This document shows, piece after piece, positions 10,621-19,444 of a stretch of 64,000 nt of DNA. The translations under genes and the position numbers were made by a program. The stretch's first letter is position 1; every line of letters begins with the position of its first letter. The notes under the pieces are model-generated. The model saw only the letters and a list, made by a program, of their open reading frames with translations, was not told the origin of the DNA and did no database searches. Origin of the DNA: Candidatus Omnitrophota bacterium (GTDB lineage: Bacteria > Omnitrophota > Gorgyraeia > Zapsychrales > Fredricksoniimonadaceae); the NCBI GenBank assembly GCA_028865345.1, contig JAGWKL010000003.1:184-64183 (forward strand), given 5' to 3'.

Positions 10621-11400
10621 GTGTGGCGCAAAACTTTCAAAAAAGCCGCTTATATCGGCATCGTTGCCGTCCCCTTCCTGATCCTTTTTTTTCACCCGAA
10701 GAATTATAGGGCCGCCGGATTGTTAGACGCTGTTGCCGGGCCTGTGGATGCATGGCAGGGTCCTGTCTTCGAGTTGAAAAAATTGTTTTATTACAGGGAG
10801 ACGTATGATGAGTATGTGTATTTCAAAAGACAAAATGAAGTACTGAAAGCCAGGCTTACCGCGCTGCGGGAGGATGAAGAGGCCCGAAAACGTTATGATA
10901 AAATCCGGGATTTCCGCAATAGTCAAAGTTACGGGTCTATCGTGGCCGATGTCATCGGCCGGGACCCTTCTGATTGGAATGCGTCATTGATCATTGACCG
11001 CGGCCGCGCCGAGGGCCTCAAAGTGGGCCAGCCGGTGGTTAATCCGCTGGGGGTGGTGGGCAGGGTTTTTGAGACGGGCGAGCACACGGCCAAGGTGGTC
11101 TTGCTTTCCGATCCCACCTTTGCCGTTGCCGCGGTGGACCAGCGTTCAAGGGAAAACGGGCTTTTGACCGGCACGCTGGAAGGGAATTTACGCTTTGAAT
11201 ATTTGACGGACAAGGCGGACGTGAAGGTTGGGGATGTGCTGGTGACCTCCGGCTTAAGCACCGCCTTTCCGGAAGGGATATTGATCGGGCGTATTACCAA
11301 TGTGAGCGCCTCGGCCAACGTCCATAGCGTGGATTGCCTGGTAACGCCGGCGGTGGACCTTTCCCAGCTGGAAGAAGTAATTATTATTAAAAAGACATGA
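10621..11400 (+). CDS. mreC: Rod shape-determining protein MreC
   Basis: N-terminal TM segment, a coiled-coil stretch, then the MreC beta-domain region (GLVVGRV... pattern: PLGVVGRVFE). It lies immediately downstream of mreB. Confidence 0.85.
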   Translation: MWRKTFKKAAYIGIVAVPFLILFFHPKNYRAAGLLDAVAGPVDAWQGPVFELKKLFYYRETYDEYVYFKRQNEVLKARLTALREDEEARKRYDKIRDFRNSQSYGSIVADVIGRDPSDWNASLIIDRGRAEGLKVGQPVVNPLGVVGRVFETGEHTAKVVLLSDPTFAVAAVDQRSRENGLLTGTLEGNLRFEYLTDKADVKVGDVLVTSGLSTAFPEGILIGRITNVSASANVHSVDCLVTPAVDLSQLEEVIIIKKT

Positions 11401-11405
11401 ACGCC

Positions 11406-11434
11406 AAAAGGCCCAATTGCTTCGACGTCGAAAA
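11406..11434 (+). repeat. Copy 1 of the dispersed 29-nt motif AAAAGGCCCAATTGCTTCGACGTCGAAAA
   Basis: The motif ends 2 nt before the ATG (11437) of the ABC ATPase gene. It contains the perfect palindrome TTCGACGTCGAA. Confidence 0.8.
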
Positions 11435-11436
11435 CT

Positions 11437-12342
11437 ATGAACGCTATCTGCATAAAGGGTTTGGTCAAGACCTACCGCACCGGCACCCAGGCGCTTAAAG
11501 GGGTCGATTTAAGCATTGCCGACGGAGATTTCTTCGCGCTTCTGGGCGCCAACGGAGCCGGCAAGACCACCATCATCGGGATCTTGACAGGCCTGGTCAC
11601 CAAGACGGGGGGCAAGGTCGAGATCTTCGGCCATGATATCGACACGGATTTTGAAGCGGCCAAAAAATCGATCGGGGTGGTGCCCCAGGAGTTCAATTTC
11701 CACATGTTCGAGCAGGTGCAGGACATCGTGGTCAACCAGGCGGGCTATTTCGGTATCGATCATAAGACCGCCCTGAAGGACTCCCAAGAGATCCTCAAAC
11801 GGGTAGGGCTTTGGGAGAAGCGCAAAGCGATCAGCCGCACGCTCTCCGGAGGCATGAAGCGCAGGCTGATGATCGCCCGCGGCCTCATCCATCATCCCCG
11901 CATGCTGATCCTGGATGAGCCCACCGCCGGGGTCGACGTCGAGCTTCGCCACGGCATGTGGGAATATTTAAGGCAGATCAATGCCGCGGGCACGACCATC
12001 CTGTTGACCACGCATTACCTCGAAGAGGTCGAACAAATGTGCAACAACTGCGCGATTATCAAGGAAGGCGAGATCGTGCTTCTGGACAATGTGCGCCATC
12101 TTCTTACCAAGGTTCCCCAAGACACCTACCGGGTGACCGTCAAGGAAATGCTGTCCCTGGACCAGGTGCGTTCATTTAATCCCGTTAAGATCGACGAGCA
12201 CACCCTGGACATCGAAATCCAAAAGCGCGAAGAACTCAATGAGGTGATCCTGAAACTGGCCCAGAGCGGCTTTGTGATCACGGATTTCCACCCCAAAGGC
12301 AACCGTCTGGAAAAATTGTTCCTGGAGATCGTTCAACGATGA
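11437..12342 (+). CDS. ABC transporter ATP-binding protein (ABC-2 type)
   Basis: Walker A GANGAGKTT, signature LSGGMKRR and Walker B ILDEPT. Confidence 0.9.
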   Translation: MNAICIKGLVKTYRTGTQALKGVDLSIADGDFFALLGANGAGKTTIIGILTGLVTKTGGKVEIFGHDIDTDFEAAKKSIGVVPQEFNFHMFEQVQDIVVNQAGYFGIDHKTALKDSQEILKRVGLWEKRKAISRTLSGGMKRRLMIARGLIHHPRMLILDEPTAGVDVELRHGMWEYLRQINAAGTTILLTTHYLEEVEQMCNNCAIIKEGEIVLLDNVRHLLTKVPQDTYRVTVKEMLSLDQVRSFNPVKIDEHTLDIEIQKREELNEVILKLAQSGFVITDFHPKGNRLEKLFLEIVQR

Positions 12343-13109
12343 AAAGGGATTATTATATCGCTTTAAAGACCATCGTGCGCAAAGAGACCACCCGGATCAT
12401 CCGTATCTGGACCCAGACGCTTTTGCCGCCGTTGATCACCCAGACCTTATATTTCGTCATTTTCGGCAAGTTCATCGGCTCCCAGGTGGCGGCCATCCAC
12501 GGCGTCAGTTACATGGAATTCATCGTTCCGGGTCTCGTCATGATGGCGGTCATCAGCAATGCCTACGGCAACGTGGTGGCTTCTTTCTATGGCGCCAAAT
12601 TCCAGCGCAATATCGAGGAGATCTTAATATCCCCGGCCCCGGACTGGGTGATCATCGTCGGCTATGCGCTGGGCGGGGTGGTGCGCGGGGTGGTGGTGGG
12701 CTTTTTGGTTTTCGGCGTGTCCTTGTTTTTTGCCCATGCCACGGTGACGCATTGGTGGGCGGTCATCCTGTTTACTTTGTTTAGTTCCGTGCTGTTCTCC
12801 CTGGCGGCCCTGATCAACGGCATTTTTGCCCAAAATTTCGACGAGGTCGCATTTTTTCAGAATTTTATCCTCACACCATTAATCTATCTGGGCGGCGTTT
12901 TTTATTCCATCCACAGCCTGCCGCAAGCCTGGCAAAAAATATCGTTGTATAATCCGCTGGTGTACATGGTCAATGGTTTCAGGTATGGTTTTTTCGGGTT
13001 TTCAGACGTGGATCCTGGGGTGTGTTTGGTGATTTTGGTTGTCTTGACGGCCGTCCTGATGGCCATCAATTTATTTCTATTCAAAAAAGGCATAGGCCTT
13101 AAAAATTGA
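12339..13109 (+). CDS. ABC-2 family transporter permease
   Basis: 256 aa with 6 TM helices. Its start overlaps the ATPase stop (ATGA). Confidence 0.85.
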   Translation: MKRDYYIALKTIVRKETTRIIRIWTQTLLPPLITQTLYFVIFGKFIGSQVAAIHGVSYMEFIVPGLVMMAVISNAYGNVVASFYGAKFQRNIEEILISPAPDWVIIVGYALGGVVRGVVVGFLVFGVSLFFAHATVTHWWAVILFTLFSSVLFSLAALINGIFAQNFDEVAFFQNFILTPLIYLGGVFYSIHSLPQAWQKISLYNPLVYMVNGFRYGFFGFSDVDPGVCLVILVVLTAVLMAINLFLFKKGIGLKN

Positions 13110-13120
13110 GGGAGGATTTT

Positions 13121-13693
13121 ATGCGTCAACAAGTTCAAGCGCTGGTCGTGTTGGGGGCATTGTTAATAACATCAAGGGTTTTCGCCGCGGACACCTATGT
13201 GATTGACCCTCACCATACGTCTTTTTCTTTCATGGTCAAACACATGATGATCAGCAATGTGCCCGGGGAGTTCGATAAATTCAACGGGACAGTCACCTAT
13301 GATCCTAAGGATCTGGCCGCCTCCAGGGCGGAGGTGACTATTGATGCCGCCAGCATTGATACCCGTGTTGCCATGCGGGATGCGGACCTCAAAAGCCCGC
13401 ACTTCTTTGATGTGGCGAAGTATCCTGTGATCACCTTTGTCGCCACCAAATTCACTCCGGGCTACATTACCGGTGATTTGACCATGAAAGGCCTCACCAA
13501 GAGAATTACCATCCCTGTGACCATTGCAGGGCCGGTCAATGAAATGGGGCACCAAGCCATCGGCATTACAGGGACAACCACCATCAACCGCCAGGATTGG
13601 GGTATCAGCTGGAACAAAACGCTGGATCAGGGCGGGGTGGCGGTATCCAATGACGTGCTTCTCACTATAAGTATAGAGGCGGACAGGAAATAG
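13121..13693 (+). CDS. YceI-family periplasmic protein
   Basis: Signal peptide then the YceI-like core (YVIDPHHTSFSF...KHMMISNVPGEFDKFNG). The ATG at 13121 has a GGGAGG RBS, whereas the ORF-track start at 13106 is a TTG. Confidence 0.8.
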   Translation: MRQQVQALVVLGALLITSRVFAADTYVIDPHHTSFSFMVKHMMISNVPGEFDKFNGTVTYDPKDLAASRAEVTIDAASIDTRVAMRDADLKSPHFFDVAKYPVITFVATKFTPGYITGDLTMKGLTKRITIPVTIAGPVNEMGHQAIGITGTTTINRQDWGISWNKTLDQGGVAVSNDVLLTISIEADRK

Positions 13694-13748
13694 CCTTTTT
13701 ATCAAGCTGTTGGGAATGAATAATTTAGGATTCTGATGTATTAAAAGG

Positions 13749-13780
13749 TCCCCGTTGACATTTGTCGACGGGGATTTTTT
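13749..13780 (+). terminator. Rho-independent terminator after the yceI-like gene
   Basis: CCCCGTTGAC-ATTT-GTCGACGGGG, a 10-bp stem with one G-U pair, followed by ATTTTTTT. Confidence 0.7.
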
Positions 13781-13908
13781 TGCGCAAGCGTTTTCCCGAA
13801 ATGGGCCTGTAGGCCTTGTTTTCGCATAGACGGATGTTATTCTTGAAGTAGCAGCCTAAAGGGCCTCGTACCTTTGGGTTGTGAGTCCCTCGTTGCGGGA
13901 CGGAAAGG

Positions 13909-14583
13909 ATGGTCCGTATGAATACCATTACATTCATTCTGGATCCTCTGCGAACGGTGTTCGGTATCATCTCAAGTTTTGTCCCTACAGTGTTAGGGGT
14001 GCTGGCCGCGCTGGTTGTCGGTGGATTGGTGGCCCGGGAGACGGGCAAACTGGTTGGTGCTGTTTTAAAGCACATCCATGTTGATCGTATAAGCCATGAA
14101 ATCGGTCTGACGCACACCCTGGAAGCTGGAGGGATCAAGCGCTCCGTCAGTGACCTGATCGGTACGGTCATCAGCTGGGGCGTTATGATTACGGCGCTCG
14201 TGATCGCATTAACGTACGCGGGCGTTACCATTATCGGTCCCATCACCGGTCCTGTCATGGCTTATGTGCCATCCGTATTGACGGGTGTGGTGACCCTGAT
14301 GGTAGGCATGTTTTTGGCCCATATCGTGGCGGTATTTGTCCGCCTGATTGCGGCCAATACCAGCATGCCCAGGCCGGACCTGCTGGCGTCTTTTACCAGA
14401 TGGGCGGTCGTATTGATGGCTGTCGGCGTCTTTGTCAACAAGATCGGTTTTGGTTTCTTGTTGACCGGCGCGCCGCTGACCATGCTGGTAGGGGGCTTGA
14501 GCCTGGGGTTAGGCCTGGCCTTTGGTTTAGGCGGTAAAGATCACGCGTCCCATTACCTGGATCGTCTGTTGAAAAACAAGTGA
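13909..14583 (+). CDS. Polytopic membrane protein (hypothetical; Gly/Val/Leu-rich TM helices)
   Basis: 224 aa and about 6 TM segments. No family was recognised with confidence. Confidence 0.55.
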   Translation: MVRMNTITFILDPLRTVFGIISSFVPTVLGVLAALVVGGLVARETGKLVGAVLKHIHVDRISHEIGLTHTLEAGGIKRSVSDLIGTVISWGVMITALVIALTYAGVTIIGPITGPVMAYVPSVLTGVVTLMVGMFLAHIVAVFVRLIAANTSMPRPDLLASFTRWAVVLMAVGVFVNKIGFGFLLTGAPLTMLVGGLSLGLGLAFGLGGKDHASHYLDRLLKNK

Positions 14584-14678
14584 TCTCCCTCGCCGTTCCG
14601 AAATGGGGCGGGACGGCATCCACACGCCGGTAGTCCGTAAGGGCTACCGGCTATCCTTTTAGCTGCCCCCAACCTCGA

Positions 14679-14707
14679 TTTTACGCAGTCGAAGCAATAG
14701 GGCCTTT
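14679..14707 (-). repeat. Copy 2 (inverted orientation) of the dispersed 29-nt motif
   Basis: The reverse complement reads AAAGGCCCTATTGCTTCGACTGCGTAAAA. The GGCCCnnTTGCTTCGAC core is intact. Confidence 0.65.
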
Positions 14708-14815
14708 GATTGCCGCCCGTCCTTTTAATTCCGCTGATGTTCCGCTTCCGCCACCTTTTTTATATTGTATCCCGATTGGGTTATGCTATACTGTTGAGCA
14801 TCAAAAAGGCCTGTT

Positions 14816-15157
14816 ATGGATGGTGATAAACGCGCAAACCCGCGATTTTTGTATTCCGAGCCGGTGTCCTACGGGTTGCCTGAGGTCACTGTTAACGGCA
14901 GTATCGCGCGGAACATCAGTTTAAGCGGCATTTCTTTAAAAGCCCAGGGATTTGTTCCTTTGGGAACCGTCTTGGAGCTTCAAATACGTCCGCAAGATTC
15001 TCCCAAGATCATTTGGGCCAGGGCAAAAGTTGTCCGTATACGCCAGTTGTTTTCCGAAGATTGTTACGAGATCGGCCTTGAATTCATCAGGGATAAAGAG
15101 ACCATGAGAGCTGTCGGCAGGCTTATAGGTGCCGGTTTAAACCAACAAGTTAAATAA
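14816..15157 (+). CDS. PilZ-domain protein (putative c-di-GMP receptor)
   Basis: The RxxxR motif (RANPR) and the (D/N)xSxxG motif (NISLSG) have PilZ-typical spacing. Confidence 0.8.
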   Translation: MDGDKRANPRFLYSEPVSYGLPEVTVNGSIARNISLSGISLKAQGFVPLGTVLELQIRPQDSPKIIWARAKVVRIRQLFSEDCYEIGLEFIRDKETMRAVGRLIGAGLNQQVK

Positions 15158-15173
15158 GAGGAGTCAAAGAGTT

Positions 15174-15392
15174 ATGGCAGAAGCTGCTGCAGGAGCCCCG
15201 GTGGCCGAAGAAGTCAAAAATTGTCCCGCGTGCAAGAAACCTTTAAAGAAGGCAAGACGTTTCTACCGCAACGGCGCGTACTATTGCAATAACAATTGTT
15301 TCAAGAAAGCCCAGGCCTCCAGGGTGGCCGCAGCCCCGGCCGCTGAGAAAACGGGCCCGTCTGCTGAGGCGCAAGAGAAACCTCAATCCTAA
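15174..15392 (+). CDS. Small TRASH/YHS-like zinc-ribbon protein with Ala/Pro-rich tails
   Basis: 72 aa with CPACKK...x17...YYCNNNCFKK, matching the TRASH/YHS Cys pattern C-x2-C...YYC-x3-C. It has an RBS and sits between two PilZ genes. Confidence 0.5.
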   Translation: MAEAAAGAPVAEEVKNCPACKKPLKKARRFYRNGAYYCNNNCFKKAQASRVAAAPAAEKTGPSAEAQEKPQS

Positions 15393-15406
15393 AAGGGGGA
15401 GATCAA

Positions 15407-15802
15407 GTGCCTCTTCACTCCTCACTGCCTTTTTCCCAGGAAAAACGCCGCCATCCTCGATTAGAGAGCAAGATCCCCATCAAAATATCCGACGGTCATG
15501 GGGACATCCTTACGGAAACGAGAAACCTGAGTTGTTCCGGCGCGTTTTGCCGCGTTGATCAGAGGCTCGAGGTGATGAGCAGGCTGAAGATCCACCTGCT
15601 GTTGCCTTTTCGCAAAAATGACAAGGTGGTGACCAGAAAAGTCACCTGCCAGGGAGTCATCGTACGCGTGCAAGCCTCCCATGACGGGGATTATTATGAT
15701 ACGGCCATTTTTTTCAGCGACATAGCCCCCAAAGACAGCCGCGCCATTGGTGAGTTCATTGAAAGCATGGTGGAGAGTAAAAATTATGGACAATACAATT
15801 AA
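15407..15802 (+). CDS. PilZ-domain protein (second copy)
   Basis: RRHPR (RxxxR) and NLSCSG (DxSxxG-type) motifs. Confidence 0.75.
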   Translation: MPLHSSLPFSQEKRRHPRLESKIPIKISDGHGDILTETRNLSCSGAFCRVDQRLEVMSRLKIHLLLPFRKNDKVVTRKVTCQGVIVRVQASHDGDYYDTAIFFSDIAPKDSRAIGEFIESMVESKNYGQYN

Positions 15803-15962
15803 TTTATCCGTGACCCCTTTTCAGGCGCTTCTGGCTTTGGCTTTTCAGGTGTGGATGATCGTCTTTCCCGTCATCCTGATCCGTAAAATCAATTATTTGA
15901 CCGACCTGCTGCACGAGCATTTGGATGAAGACCAACAACGCGAGTCGCCCGGCAATTCCTAA
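15786..15962 (+). CDS. Small (58-aa) single-TM membrane protein (hypothetical)
   Basis: An internal ATG of ORF 15747 with GGAG 12 nt upstream, giving MDNTINLSVTPFQALLALAFQVWMIVFPVILI.... It overlaps both neighbours, so this is speculative. Confidence 0.3.
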   Translation: MDNTINLSVTPFQALLALAFQVWMIVFPVILIRKINYLTDLLHEHLDEDQQRESPGNS

Positions 15963-16635
15963 ATTGAAAATTCCCGTCCTGTATGAAGACGCCGATTGCC
16001 TGGTATTCAATAAACCGTCCGGACTTTTAGTTGTCCCTGCCGGCAAAAACGAGCGCCGTACGCTTGGGGCTATCGTCAATGAAGAACGCCGGGGACAGCA
16101 GCGTTTATACCCTGCCCACAGGCTCGACCGTGACACTTCAGGGGCGGTCCTTTTTGCCAAGGGTGAGGACTGCCGGCAGAGGTTGATGCAGTTTTTTAAG
16201 GCCAGGCAGGTCCGTAAAACCTACATCGCTTTTGTTCATGGGCGCCTTAAGGAAGCCCGCGGCAAGATCAGCATTCCCATCAAAGATTTTTATAGTGTCA
16301 AGTTTGCCAGGCACACGCCGGCCCAGTGGGCCCTGACGCATTATGAGGTCCAGGATTATTACAGAAATTTTACGGTCGTCAGGGTGATGCCGGTTACCGG
16401 AAGGACCAACCAGATCCGGATCCACATGGCCCAAATAGGCCACCCTCTGGTGGGTGAAGACAAGTACGCCTTCAGGCGCGATTTTGAATTGCGTTTCAGG
16501 CGCACCGCGCTGCATGCTTGGGCGTTGGAATGGCCGCGGATGACCGGGAAAGGCACAATCAGCGTCGAGGCGCCGCTGGCGCGGGACATGGCGGAGTTTT
16601 TAGAAAAACAAACGACAGACCGCTTCTCTAAATAA
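15925..16635 (+). CDS. RluA-family pseudouridine synthase (no S4 domain)
   Basis: HRLDRDTSGAVLFAKG catalytic motif. 236 aa. Confidence 0.85.
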   Translation: MKTNNASRPAIPKLKIPVLYEDADCLVFNKPSGLLVVPAGKNERRTLGAIVNEERRGQQRLYPAHRLDRDTSGAVLFAKGEDCRQRLMQFFKARQVRKTYIAFVHGRLKEARGKISIPIKDFYSVKFARHTPAQWALTHYEVQDYYRNFTVVRVMPVTGRTNQIRIHMAQIGHPLVGEDKYAFRRDFELRFRRTALHAWALEWPRMTGKGTISVEAPLARDMAEFLEKQTTDRFSK

Positions 16636-16698
16636 AAATTGAGGTAGCGGCACAATCCTGGAAATCAAATTTATTTATTTTAAGGAAGGAGACCATGG

Positions 16699-17010
16699 AT
16701 GAGCACAAATTATGAAAAATTAAGCCTTAAAGAATGGTGTGACCTTTGCCACAGCATTGCCCGCCAAAAAGGTTTCTGGGACGAAAAGCGCAACATCGGC
16801 GAAGCCCTGATGCTCATCGTCACCGAACTGGCCGAAGCCATGGAAGGCTATCGCCACCAGGACCAGGATAATTTCCGTGAAGAGCTGGCCGACACCTTTA
16901 TCCGTTTGTTCGATCTGTGCGGGGGATTGGGTATCGATATCCAGGCGGAGATCGTCAAGAAATCCGAAAAGAATAAACTGCGTCCGTACAAACATGGGAA
17001 AATTTGTTAA
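16699..17010 (+). CDS. MazG-like nucleotide pyrophosphohydrolase domain protein
   Basis: 103 aa. The EALMLIVTELAEAMEG and ELADTFIRLFDL helices match the MazG/dUTPase-like all-alpha NTP-PPase pattern. Strong RBS AAGGAAGGAG. Confidence 0.65.
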   Translation: MSTNYEKLSLKEWCDLCHSIARQKGFWDEKRNIGEALMLIVTELAEAMEGYRHQDQDNFREELADTFIRLFDLCGGLGIDIQAEIVKKSEKNKLRPYKHGKIC

Positions 17011-17455
17011 TTTAAGCTTGCTGTTGTTCCTGCTGGTTTTTTCCGGTTGCGCCTTTCGGCCTACGACCGATTACATCGGCAGGGTGGACCATCCTTACGA
17101 CAGAGAAATAAATGCCGGCATGCAGAAGGTGTCCGGCGCCGTTGTTTATGTCTTAAAAAAGAACGGGTGGAGCATTGCCGAAGAGTCCCTGCCGTCCATT
17201 TATGAGCGTAATGAGCGTTATGATCATGGGGTTTATAATACCCTGCTTATTATGACGGGCATTAAAAGACATTTTCACGTGTTCTGTTTCAGTTACACCC
17301 ATTTGAATGTTTTTATTTATTCTTTCGGCCATAGCAGCGAGGTGGAGGTTCGATACGAAGCCGTCACGCCGTTGGTCAGGCAATTTATTTCGACGCACAA
17401 CGATAAGATGGTCAACGGGATTCTGGATGCCATTGAACAAGAGGCCGATCGATGA
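16994..17455 (+). CDS. Lipoprotein (hypothetical)
   Basis: Internal ATG with a signal peptide and lipobox LLVFSGC. The longer ORF-track start at 16877 overlaps the mazG-like gene. Confidence 0.5.
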   Translation: MGKFVNLSLLLFLLVFSGCAFRPTTDYIGRVDHPYDREINAGMQKVSGAVVYVLKKNGWSIAEESLPSIYERNERYDHGVYNTLLIMTGIKRHFHVFCFSYTHLNVFIYSFGHSSEVEVRYEAVTPLVRQFISTHNDKMVNGILDAIEQEADR

Positions 17456-17470
17456 TATGATGCAAAAATT

Positions 17471-19444
17471 ATGTCGACGTTTGCCCTTAAAAGCCGTTTT
17501 AAACCCGTCGAAGAGCAGCGCAAGGCCATCGAGGCCCTTACCCGCGGTCTCAATGACGGCGTCAATGCCCAAACGCTCCTTGGTGTCACCGGCAGCGGCA
17601 AGACCTTCACGATCGCCAATGTCATCCAAAACGTCAACCGTCCCGCCCTGGTGATTTCCCACAATAAGACCCTGGCCGCCCAGCTTTACAGCGAGCTCAA
17701 GGAATTCTTTCCCGGCAACGCCGTTGAATATTTTGTCAGTTATTACGATTACTACCAGCCCGAGGCCTACATCCCCCAAACCGATATTTATATCGAAAAA
17801 GATTCTTCCATCAATGACCGCCTGGACCGCCTGCGCCTGGCCGCCACGACCTCGCTGATGTCCCGCCGGGACACCATTATCGTGGCCAGCGTATCCTGCA
17901 TTTATAACCTGGGTTCCCCGCAGGATTATCAAAACCAGATGGTGGGGCTGGCCGTCGGGCAAAAAAAAGACCGTGACGAAGTGCTCTCTCAACTGGTTGC
18001 CATCCAGTACGAGCGCAATGACTATGATTTCACCCGAGGGAAAATACGCGTGCGCGGGGACATTGTGGAGATCCAGCCGGCCTACCGCCAGGACGCCCTA
18101 AGGATCGAATTCTTCGATGATGAGATCGAGAAGATCAGGCAGATCGATCCTGTGTCCGGTGAGACCATAGCGCAATTGGACAAGACCTTTATTTATCCGG
18201 CCAAGCATTTTTTGATCTCGCCTCCGGGCTTAAAACAGGCCTTGCTTGATATGGAGGCCGAATTGAAAGCCAGGGTCCGGGAGTTGGAGTCCCAGGGCAA
18301 ACTCGTCGAGGCCCAGCGTCTGAATTCACGCACCCGTTACGACATGGAAATGCTCAAGGAAATAGGGATGTGCAAGGGCATTGAGAATTATTCCAGGATC
18401 CTTTCAGGAAGGCCGGCGGGCAGCCGGCCGTTTTGCCTTCTGGATTATTTCCCCGACGATTTTCTCACCATCATCGACGAGAGCCATGTCACCGTCCCGC
18501 AGTTGGGGGGCATGTATGAGGGGGACCGCTCGCGCAAGGAAATGCTGGTGGCCCACGGGTTCAGGCTGCCTTCCTGCCTCGACAACCGTCCTCTCAAGTT
18601 CCATGAAGTCGAGGCTCTTTTAAAGCAGCGCATTTATATGTCCGCCACCCCCGGGCCCTATGAACGCAAAGACTCAACCGCACACGTCGTGGAGCAGCTC
18701 ATACGTCCGACGGGGATCATCGATCCGCCCATTTTAGTGCGGCCCACGGAGGACCAGGTGGAAGACCTCATCAAAGAATGCCGGCAGCGGGCCTCTCAAA
18801 ATGAACGGGTGCTGGTTACGACCCTGACCAAGCGCATGGCCGAGGACCTGTGTTCTTATTGTGAAGATGCCGGTTTAAAGGTCAAATACCTGCATTCGGA
18901 CATCGAGACCATTGACCGTACCAGGATCCTGCAGGAGCTGCGTCAAAAAAAGTTCGATTGCCTCATCGGCGTCAACCTTCTGCGTGAAGGATTGGACTTG
19001 CCGGAGGTCTCTTTAGTTGCTATATTTGACGCGGACAAACAAGGGTTTTTGCGCTCCCAGACATCCCTGGTGCAAACGGCCGGCCGTGCCGCGCGTAACA
19101 TCCATGGGACGGTTATCATGTATGCGGACACTGTTTCTGTGGGGATGAAATCCGCTATTGCGGAATGTGAGCGCCGCCGTAAAATTCAAATGGAATTTAA
19201 CGCAAAACACGGGATCACGCCGACCAGCATTGCCAAAGCCATTAATCTGGGGATTGAGGAATACGCCGAAGCCGAGGATATGGTCATGGAAGCGAGCGGG
19301 CAGACCGACGAAGAGTTTGCGTTCTCCAATTATATCAGCGATCTTGAAGGGCAGATGGAAGCTGCAGCAAGAAATCTTGAATTTGAAAAGGCGGCCAGGA
19401 TCAGGGACAAGATCAAGGAATTAAAGAATGTTGCTAGCCGTTGA
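17471..19444 (+). CDS. uvrB: Excinuclease ABC subunit B
   Basis: 657 aa with Walker A GVTGSGKTFT, helicase motifs and a C-terminal UvrB/UvrC interaction helix (ARIRDKIKEL). Confidence 0.95.
   Translation: MSTFALKSRFKPVEEQRKAIEALTRGLNDGVNAQTLLGVTGSGKTFTIANVIQNVNRPALVISHNKTLAAQLYSELKEFFPGNAVEYFVSYYDYYQPEAYIPQTDIYIEKDSSINDRLDRLRLAATTSLMSRRDTIIVASVSCIYNLGSPQDYQNQMVGLAVGQKKDRDEVLSQLVAIQYERNDYDFTRGKIRVRGDIVEIQPAYRQDALRIEFFDDEIEKIRQIDPVSGETIAQLDKTFIYPAKHFLISPPGLKQALLDMEAELKARVRELESQGKLVEAQRLNSRTRYDMEMLKEIGMCKGIENYSRILSGRPAGSRPFCLLDYFPDDFLTIIDESHVTVPQLGGMYEGDRSRKEMLVAHGFRLPSCLDNRPLKFHEVEALLKQRIYMSATPGPYERKDSTAHVVEQLIRPTGIIDPPILVRPTEDQVEDLIKECRQRASQNERVLVTTLTKRMAEDLCSYCEDAGLKVKYLHSDIETIDRTRILQELRQKKFDCLIGVNLLREGLDLPEVSLVAIFDADKQGFLRSQTSLVQTAGRAARNIHGTVIMYADTVSVGMKSAIAECERRRKIQMEFNAKHGITPTSIAKAINLGIEEYAEAEDMVMEASGQTDEEFAFSNYISDLEGQMEAAARNLEFEKAARIRDKIKELKNVASR

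Noticed and set aside
17153-17992. 279-aa − strand ORF
   Set aside because: Antisense to uvrB and the lipoprotein gene, both of which have unambiguous motifs.
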